Shown: piece after piece, positions 57,322 through 64,000 of the stretch | Position numbering within the stretch: the stretch's first letter is position 1 | How the letters are laid out: each line of letters opens with the position of its first letter | Virus record (IMG/VR): IMGVR_UViG_3300020220_003756 | Coordinates: 1-64,000 of that record | From: a virus | Reading direction: 5' to 3' (one strand) | Length of the DNA: 64,000 nt | Position numbers and translations under genes: made by a program | The notes under the pieces: model-generated | Database searches by the model: none | What the model was told of the DNA's origin: nothing | Seen by the model: the letters and a program-made list of their open reading frames with translations, nothing else

Positions 57322-58530
57322 ATGATAAACAAAGAGCCCTTCAAACACCTAATACGTGACTTAAAAGATTCAGGAAAATACAGAGTTTTCAACGACATTT
57401 TGCGTGAAAACGGTAAATTCCCCAGCGCCATATGGTATGGCCCTTATGCTATCAAGAATATCGTAAACTGGTGCTCTAACGATTATCTGGGTATGGGGCA
57501 GCACAAGGTAGTTATAGATGCTATGAAAACTGCTTTAGAAATGACTGGCGCAGGTTCTGGGGGTACTAGGAACATAGGCGGTACCAGCCATTATCATGTG
57601 GCCTTAGAGCACGAACTGGCCCAACTGCATAATAAAACCGGAGCATTGCTGTTTAGTTCGGCGTATGTGGCCAATGAATGGTCCATGATAGCCCTGAGCA
57701 AGATAGTGCCAAATATTCAGTTTATATCTGACAGTAACAATCACAATAGCCTTATCGTTGGCATACAACATAGTCGGGCACCTAAACAGATATTCCATCA
57801 TAATGATATGCAGGATTTAGAAGATAAACTAGCAGCATCTAGGCTAGCGGGATTTAATCCCTGTGTGGTTTTTGAATCGATATATTCCATGGATGGAGAT
57901 GTTTCACCTATTAGAGAAATCTGCGATCTAGCAGACAAATATCAGGCCATAACTTACATAGATGAAGTTCACGCTGTGGGCATGTATGGCGACCACGGAG
58001 CCGGCAAAGTAGAAGAACTAGGTTTAGAAGATCGCATTGATTTTGTCAACGGTACATTGGGCAAAGCATTCGGTGTCCAAGGTGGATATATCGCTGCTGA
58101 CAAAGACATAATCGATACCATAAGATCAGTTGCCGCTGGGTTTATATTCACTACCAGTATAAGTCCTGTACTCTGTGCAGGAGCATTGGCCAGTGTGCGT
58201 TTCCTCAAAGAACACGATGAGGTGAGAAAAAAGCATCAAGAACGAGCGAGAAAATTAAAGACTCGCTTATCGGAAAATGGAATCCATGTTATGGAATGTT
58301 CTACCACACATATCGTTCCTGTTTTAGTGGGTGAAGCAAAGAAGTGTAAACAGATCAGCGATGATCTATTAAATCAATATAATATATATGTACAGCCGAT
58401 TAATTATCCTACTGTTGACGTTGGGACTGAACGGTTGCGCTTTAGTCCTACTCCATTCCATGACGAGGCAATGATAGAGGACTTGATCACTGCGCTCAAA
58501 GACGTGTTCAGTAAAAACGATTTAACTTAA
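57322..58530 (+). CDS. hemA: 5-aminolevulinate synthase (Shemin/C4 pathway)
   Basis: [44 protein letters not shown]. Confidence 0.96.
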   Translation: MINKEPFKHLIRDLKDSGKYRVFNDILRENGKFPSAIWYGPYAIKNIVNWCSNDYLGMGQHKVVIDAMKTALEMTGAGSGGTRNIGGTSHYHVALEHELAQLHNKTGALLFSSAYVANEWSMIALSKIVPNIQFISDSNNHNSLIVGIQHSRAPKQIFHHNDMQDLEDKLAASRLAGFNPCVVFESIYSMDGDVSPIREICDLADKYQAITYIDEVHAVGMYGDHGAGKVEELGLEDRIDFVNGTLGKAFGVQGGYIAADKDIIDTIRSVAAGFIFTTSISPVLCAGALASVRFLKEHDEVRKKHQERARKLKTRLSENGIHVMECSTTHIVPVLVGEAKKCKQISDDLLNQYNIYVQPINYPTVDVGTERLRFSPTPFHDEAMIEDLITALKDVFSKNDLT

Positions 58531-59383
58531 GATATTCCCAATAAAGATCTATACCCTGCCAAGGTTCTAGAAATGTATCTACATCTACGCCTGCTGACTG
58601 TAATTTAGAAATGTCTGCCCTAGTATCTGTTTGATATTGCAGTTTTAGATCATCGGGCATAGGTATAAATTGTTTGTTACCTTGTCCTTTACATTTTAAA
58701 ACTATGTTTGCCACCTTATCAAAGTCAACGCTTTCTCCTGTGCCTAGATCGTATGTTCCGGGTTGGTAATTTTGTATGAAATGGTAAATTGTTTTACAAA
58801 CATCTTCTACCCAAACAAAGTCTCTACGATACTGGTCGCTTCTTTCGAATATTCGTAATGTGTTAGACTGCTCTATTTGATCAAACCAATGCATGATAGT
58901 CGATGCCATACGACCTTTATGATATTCATTAGGTCCGTAAACATTGAACAATCTTAATGTTACTGCAGAAATTTCATTTTCGCTTACGGATTTACTAAAA
59001 GCATATTGATTAAGCGGTCCTTGGCCGTTGCCGTAAACTGCTGCTGAACTGGCGAAGATGAATGGAATATTATTTGTAGCACAGAATTCATTCCATATGC
59101 GTGTGCTCTGTACATTAGTCTTGTAAATTTTTAACCAATCGGTTTCTAATGTGTTAGAATTGGCTCCAAGATGTATTACACAATCTATATCCTTGGGATT
59201 GAGATTTACTTTTTCGTAAACACTATGAGGATAGATACTGCGAAACTTTTTATTAATTAAATTCCTAAATTGCAGTGGTTCTGATAGATCATCAAATAGA
59301 ATTATATCAGTAATCTTTAGTTTATTCAGATATCCCAACATCACGGATCCTATGAACCCGCCGGCTCCAGTTAATATTATCAT
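58508..59383 (-). CDS. hldD: ADP-L-glycero-D-manno-heptose 6-epimerase
   Basis: [44 protein letters not shown]. Confidence 0.92.
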   Translation of the reverse strand: MIILTGAGGFIGSVMLGYLNKLKITDIILFDDLSEPLQFRNLINKKFRSIYPHSVYEKVNLNPKDIDCVIHLGANSNTLETDWLKIYKTNVQSTRIWNEFCATNNIPFIFASSAAVYGNGQGPLNQYAFSKSVSENEISAVTLRLFNVYGPNEYHKGRMASTIMHWFDQIEQSNTLRIFERSDQYRRDFVWVEDVCKTIYHFIQNYQPGTYDLGTGESVDFDKVANIVLKCKGQGNKQFIPMPDDLKLQYQTDTRADISKLQSAGVDVDTFLEPWQGIDLYWEYLKLNRFY

Positions 59384-60159
59384 TTAATTTCCTCTAGTCT
59401 AGGAGCATATACTCCAAAATGTTGTACAGTGATTCCCGCAGCACAATTAGCAAAATCTATGGCCATCGAGTGATCATGTGATCGAAGAAACTCGAAGGCA
59501 AATGCAGATAAAAACGTGTCTCCTGCACCCGTGACATCTACCACTTCGACCTGGGGACAACTGTAGACGGTTTCGTGTTTGGGGTCTCGGCCTGTTTTAT
59601 ACATAGCGCCCCTGCTGCCTAAGGTGACTATGAGTCGATCGTTTATGCTCCAACGATTGTTGTATTCTAGTTCGTTGATCTTGACGTATATGCCGTGGAA
59701 ACAGGCCAGGTCTGGTTTCTTGGTATCCATAAAAATAGGACCTTGGAAACTTTTCCTGATCTTCTCTACTAGGTCATAGGTCACTGTGCCTTTGTTATAA
59801 TCGCTGATGACCACGGCATCATAGACGTCTGGCATGTCTGTGACGAACTCTATAGGAGTTGATGCTACATCGTGATCTATCCTAACTATCTGTTGACGGC
59901 TGCGTAGATCCACTATCCTAGTTTTCGTAGAAGTTTCGCTGTGTAGATAGTTTATTTCGCAGCCTAATGCTTCTAAATTACGTAGAACATTGCCGGCCAT
60001 GCCTGGCTTGCGCTCTTCGTGACTAAACTTGAAAACAGGCACAGGTGCTTCAGGACTGATCCGATCAACGGTACCATATTGGTAAACGTCCTCGCAGTCA
60101 TCCCCGATTAATAATATCTTGTATTTTGTTTGTGGTTGAGTATCGTTCGAGTCTGTCAT
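59380..60159 (-). CDS. heptose-7-phosphate kinase (HldE kinase domain/HldA)
   Basis: RISPEAPVPV, SDYNKG, DVTGAGDT. Confidence 0.93.
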   Translation of the reverse strand: MTDSNDTQPQTKYKILLIGDDCEDVYQYGTVDRISPEAPVPVFKFSHEERKPGMAGNVLRNLEALGCEINYLHSETSTKTRIVDLRSRQQIVRIDHDVASTPIEFVTDMPDVYDAVVISDYNKGTVTYDLVEKIRKSFQGPIFMDTKKPDLACFHGIYVKINELEYNNRWSINDRLIVTLGSRGAMYKTGRDPKHETVYSCPQVEVVDVTGAGDTFLSAFAFEFLRSHDHSMAIDFANCAAGITVQHFGVYAPRLEEIK

Positions 60160-60502
60160 AGAATCTTATTTCTTTGCAGTGTTCTGCACCAATGATCGTC
60201 TTGCCTCTGTAATCGCTGCCTTTGACCATTATGTCAGGAGCATAGTTTTTTATCAGCGTTTCTAGTTCTCGATCTGAATCAAATATTTCTACTCGATCTA
60301 CATATTTGAGAGCAAATAAAAAACTACAACGTTCGTATTCATTGTGGACAGGACGAGTTGGTCCTTTTAACTCTTGTATTCTGCGATCTGTATCTGTTAA
60401 CACTAAGACATAGCTCTGAGGGAAAGATCTAGCATATTCTAACAGTCGAATATGGCCTAGATGTAATATATCAAAACTTCCATTGACTATGACTTTGGTC
60501 AT
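60098..60502 (-). CDS. heptose-1-phosphate adenylyltransferase (HldC/RfaE domain II)
   Basis: NGSFDILHLGH, LKGPTRP, VKGSDY, YSTT. Confidence 0.93.
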   Translation of the reverse strand: MTKVIVNGSFDILHLGHIRLLEYARSFPQSYVLVLTDTDRRIQELKGPTRPVHNEYERCSFLFALKYVDRVEIFDSDRELETLIKNYAPDIMVKGSDYRGKTIIGAEHCKEIRFYDRLERYSTTNKIQDIINRG

Positions 60503-61116
60503 GATAAACTTTCTACAAACTGTGCGAGATCGTCGAATATCTGTGTCTGTCTTTTTAAATCTCTATGTGCATATCTGTTCAATTCTTTTTCGGTTTCTGA
60601 TCCATATCCGGTTCTGACCAAGATAGGTTGTGCGCCGACGTTAACGGCTGCTTTTAGATCTTTGATCTTATCGCCTACATAATATCCTTCTTTGAACTTG
60701 ATATCTTTGATTTCTCGTTCGCAGCGTTTGAACATTCCTGTATTGGGTTTGGCAAATGGGTCTTCTTTGCGGCTGCTGGCAGAATAATAGATAGCATCTA
60801 TGCTAAAACAGCCGGCCTCTCCTAGCAGTTTTAACATGTGTTCGTGGAGAGCATCAACCTGTTCTGGTGTGTAAATACCTTTTTCGATACCTCCTTGATC
60901 GGTGATGATAGCGATTTTATAGCCTTTGCGTCTTAGAGTAGCGATAGCATCTAAACTTCCGGGAATAGGATCAAAATCTTCGATTTTATAGCAGTATGTT
61001 CCCAAGTCGCGATTAATGACACCATCTCGGTCTAGCCCTATCACGCACTTTGTTCGGAACTCGCCGCCGGTCCAAATTATCTTAGGCTGATTGTTGTTCG
61101 GTGGGCTTGGCTGCAC
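60499..61116 (-). CDS. gmhB: D,D-heptose 1,7-bisphosphate phosphatase
   Basis: LDRDGVIN, ITDQGGI, KPNTGM, VGD, VRTGYG. Confidence 0.9.
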   Translation of the reverse strand: MQPSPPNNNQPKIIWTGGEFRTKCVIGLDRDGVINRDLGTYCYKIEDFDPIPGSLDAIATLRRKGYKIAIITDQGGIEKGIYTPEQVDALHEHMLKLLGEAGCFSIDAIYYSASSRKEDPFAKPNTGMFKRCEREIKDIKFKEGYYVGDKIKDLKAAVNVGAQPILVRTGYGSETEKELNRYAHRDLKRQTQIFDDLAQFVESLS

Positions 61117-61480
61117 TTTGGCTGTCTCCGGGGATGATCCTATAATTGTCTTCTACTGAATCAGGAGTACTGACTTCGAATAACATGCTGTTATCTTCCA
61201 GCGCGATAAGTTGATGGGGCATTAAGGGCGGGTTGCGCCATACATCACCTTCTTTGAGTATCTTCTCTGCATAGGTAGCAGTCGATGTATCGCAATAGAT
61301 CAATTTGAAACTGCCAGCGTTGATAAACCAAGTTTCATCTTTTTCTTTGTGAAAATGCATGCTAAACTTGGCTCCCTTCTTTTCAAAAACTAGGATCTTC
61401 CCGGCATATTTGTCGTTGGTGGCCCAGATTATCTCATAACCCCACCCTTTATCTATTTTTCCTTGTAATCTCTGTGTCAT
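61082..61480 (-). CDS. cupin, sugar isomerase-like
   Basis: [27 protein letters not shown]. Confidence 0.85.
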   Translation of the reverse strand: MTQRLQGKIDKGWGYEIIWATNDKYAGKILVFEKKGAKFSMHFHKEKDETWFINAGSFKLIYCDTSTATYAEKILKEGDVWRNPPLMPHQLIALEDNSMLFEVSTPDSVEDNYRIIPGDSQSAAKPTEQQSA

Positions 61481-62067
61481 GGTCGTTTCTCGATAATCTT
61501 ATCGATAAGTCCGTAGTCCAATGCTTCCTGCGCTGTCATGAACTTATCTCTCTCCATGTCTGCGGTCAATTGTTCGAAACTCTTACCTTTGCTGTTATGC
61601 TTGACATAGATATCGGTGAGGGTCTTTTTCATTTTTAGTATTTCTTCGACCTGTATGGCCATATCCGTGGCCTGGCCTCGGGCACCTCCGCTGGGCTGAT
61701 GTATCATATGGCGAGCATTAGGCAGCATAGAACGCTTACCTGCGGTACCTGCGGTCGATAACAAACTGCCCATGCTGCAGGCCTGTCCCATCACGTAAGT
61801 GGCTATGTCACATTTAACAAATTGCATGACATCGTAGATGCTCATTCCTGCGGTAACTACGCCGCCCGGACTGTTGATAAAAAGATTGATGTCTTTATCT
61901 GGATTTTCACTTTCTAAAAACAATATCTGCGCCACGATGAGATTGGCCATATAATCTTCGATGGGACCATTTAACATAATGATCCGCTCTTTGAGCAATC
62001 TGCTATAGATATCAAAAGCACGTTCACCTTTCGATGTGCTTTCTACTACGACTGGAACTAGGTTCAT
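61477..62067 (-). CDS. clpP: ATP-dependent Clp protease proteolytic subunit
   Basis: [30 protein letters not shown]. Confidence 0.97.
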   Translation of the reverse strand: MNLVPVVVESTSKGERAFDIYSRLLKERIIMLNGPIEDYMANLIVAQILFLESENPDKDINLFINSPGGVVTAGMSIYDVMQFVKCDIATYVMGQACSMGSLLSTAGTAGKRSMLPNARHMIHQPSGGARGQATDMAIQVEEILKMKKTLTDIYVKHNSKGKSFEQLTADMERDKFMTAQEALDYGLIDKIIEKRP

Positions 62068-62157
62068 ATGATTCCTTTTACTTTATTTTATGTCAATTTG
62101 CTTGACTGTACAAGCAAACTGAGTGTAACATAGATCGTATTAAATACACAAGACATC

Positions 62158-62667
62158 ATGACAACTTTAGTTCTCAATGCGGATGCCCAACCCACTAGCC
62201 TGCTGCCGTTGTCCACGGTAGATTGGCAGGAAGCCATCCGCTATCTGGTTTTAGATAAAGTCACAGTTATGGCCTGGTACGAAGACTGGGTCGTTCATAG
62301 TGCCTCTTGGAGCACTAGGGTTCCTGCTGTGATCATGCTCAAGGAATACCAGAAGCCCAAAAATTATGCCCGATTAAGCAAACGAAATGTGTTTCTGCGA
62401 GACTTATATAAATGCCAATACTGCGGCGTAAACTGCAATGGCGCAGATGCTACTCTGGATCATGTCCTGCCTTTAAGTCGGGGTGGTAAAAATTCTTGGC
62501 TCAATCTCACCACTGCCTGCAAACCCTGCAACTATCGCAAGGCCAATCAAGTCAAGATGAAGCCTAAAACTGCACCCCACAAACCCGATTTTTGGGAATT
62601 GGCAGAGAAGCGGCGCCAGTTAGGTTTTCAATATGCCCATCCTAGTTGGGGTGACTTCTTAGGTTGA
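62158..62667 (+). CDS. HNH endonuclease
   Basis: RD...CQYCG, TLDHVLP..GG...W.N....C..CN..K. Confidence 0.93.
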   Translation: MTTLVLNADAQPTSLLPLSTVDWQEAIRYLVLDKVTVMAWYEDWVVHSASWSTRVPAVIMLKEYQKPKNYARLSKRNVFLRDLYKCQYCGVNCNGADATLDHVLPLSRGGKNSWLNLTTACKPCNYRKANQVKMKPKTAPHKPDFWELAEKRRQLGFQYAHPSWGDFLG

Positions 62668-62692
62668 CTACTACTCACGAGTGTGTTAAAAT
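62664..62692 (+). promoter_or_regulatory. sigma70 promoter
   Basis: TTGACT-17-TAAAAT. Confidence 0.7.
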
Positions 62693-62717
62693 TATCATAT
62701 CTTACAAGGAGTAATAA

Positions 62718-63272
62718 ATGAGTACCATTATCAACGATATGAAAAATTTTGATTGGCAAAAGGTTGTGGATTACGGTAATAATCTAGATGAATTGAATGA
62801 CGCACAATTAAGATTCGTCAAAGGTCGAGCAGTCGAATTGGCTATTGAAAAATTCGCCGACGGTGATTTGAAATATGTAGGTGAGCGTCATAAAGATTAT
62901 GTATGGCCGAAACATAACGTAGATGTTGAAGCGAAAAGTCAATTTAGTAGCGAAATGTTTGATAGAAAAGGTGACCTCAAACAAGAGTTTGATATTAAGA
63001 TTAACAACTCAAACGGGACTAACAAGAAAACAGTATTAGATCCTGCGGATGTAGCAGACTACGTTCTAGTGATAAGAAAAGACGGTGCATTTGTCTTGGA
63101 CAGACAGACAGTAATTTCTAACAGCAAAGGAGACGGCGACGGATTCGTGTGTACGGTAACTAAGAATCAAATAACGCCTCTCACAGGAAAAATTACAGCG
63201 AATCCAATCCCCGCCAGTAACATTAAAGCAGGTATAGACAGAGTCCTAAGAGAAAGTCTAGACAGTTTGTAA
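62718..63272 (+). CDS. putative restriction-endonuclease-like PD-(D/E)XK protein
   Basis: E...KD(x10)EAK pattern; adjacent to a DNA methyltransferase. Confidence 0.55.
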   Translation: MSTIINDMKNFDWQKVVDYGNNLDELNDAQLRFVKGRAVELAIEKFADGDLKYVGERHKDYVWPKHNVDVEAKSQFSSEMFDRKGDLKQEFDIKINNSNGTNKKTVLDPADVADYVLVIRKDGAFVLDRQTVISNSKGDGDGFVCTVTKNQITPLTGKITANPIPASNIKAGIDRVLRESLDSL

Positions 63273-63310
63273 TCCGTTAAATAAACAACAAAGGCAAATT
63301 AAAGGCACAT

Positions 63311-64000
63311 ATGAAATATCAAGTATACAATCAATCCTGCATCGAGGGCATGCGTGAGCATGTCAAGGACGATTTCGTGGACCTAATCTTCACAGATCCT
63401 CCTTATGGTATCGACGGTGACGGACTTGACATCCATTATCACAGAGATGAAAGCAACGTAGTTCCCGGATACGTCGATGTTCCATTAGATCAATATCAAC
63501 AGTTTAGCCAAGATTGGATCCGCGAGTGTGAACGGGTTCTTCGACCGGGCGGATCTATCTATATCGTTTCTGGGTATACCAATCTGCATCACATCTTGAA
63601 CGCCCTGCACAGCACCGGGCTGGAAGAAGTGAATCATCTTATAGCCAAATATACCTTTGGAGTCAATGCAACTAAGAAATGGATCTCTAGCCATTATCAT
63701 ATCCTATTTTGGCAAAAGCCTGACAAAGGCTCGCAGAAACGCACCTTCAATCACTTGTACAAATGGTCGGATAACAAAGACAGTTATAACGATCGACTGA
63801 GCGTACAGGATATGCCTCGTGACTATAAACCAGGACAGATCAAAAACAAGAATCAACTCAGCGAAGACTTTATCGAAAAGTTTATTCTGTACAGTTCCAA
63901 TCGAGGTGATACTGTGCTGGACTGTTTCGGTGGTGGTTTCACCACAGCCCGAACTGCGCTACGATTTGGTAGAAAGTTTGTGGGATTTGAACTGAATCAA
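63311..64000 (+). CDS. N6A/N4C DNA methyltransferase, beta class (partial, runs off window)
   Basis: open from ATG 63311: DLIFTDPPY ... RVLRPGG ... VLDCFGGGFTT ... FVGFE. Confidence 0.93.
   Translation, partial: MKYQVYNQSCIEGMREHVKDDFVDLIFTDPPYGIDGDGLDIHYHRDESNVVPGYVDVPLDQYQQFSQDWIRECERVLRPGGSIYIVSGYTNLHHILNALHSTGLEEVNHLIAKYTFGVNATKKWISSHYHILFWQKPDKGSQKRTFNHLYKWSDNKDSYNDRLSVQDMPRDYKPGQIKNKNQLSEDFIEKFILYSSNRGDTVLDCFGGGFTTARTALRFGRKFVGFELNQ

Overview
This 64 kb window is a gene-dense segment of a large (jumbo, T4-like/myovirus-type) bacteriophage genome, mostly encoded on the minus strand and read with the standard genetic code. Phage evidence: a PAAR spike gene, a tail/virion-like protein, class Ia nrdAB, many short orphan ORFs and a recurrent T4-like late promoter (T)AAATA. 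The host is probably a freshwater betaproteobacterium (inference from DnaK, AhpC/AhpD, Coq7, DUF2970 and AceA style). Host-like genes are unusually numerous: proteostasis (dnaK, groES, groEL, hsp20, clpS, clpP, a permuted two-piece tmRNA, bS21); tetrapyrrole metabolism (ALA synthase, heme oxygenase, PcyX-type bilin reductase, cytochrome c); isocitrate lyase, a fatty-acid desaturase, Coq7, GMP reductase, AhpC/AhpD; a near-complete ADP-heptose pathway; and a PHP-less DnaE. Signals not in the ORF track: (i) a shared ROSE-like SD-sequestering hairpin in front of three chaperone genes; (ii) two large structured ncRNA candidates; (iii) a ubiquitin-like domain protein; (iv) an uncalled 10-Cys metallothionein-like ORF; (v) gene cassettes bounded by short direct repeats, including a displaced dnaE 3' end and two unrelated genes sharing the tail KFTLEEIK; (vi) OxyR-like and PhaR-like operators. 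No CRISPR array, rRNA or canonical tRNA was seen. All family assignments come from motif recognition by eye, not database searches.
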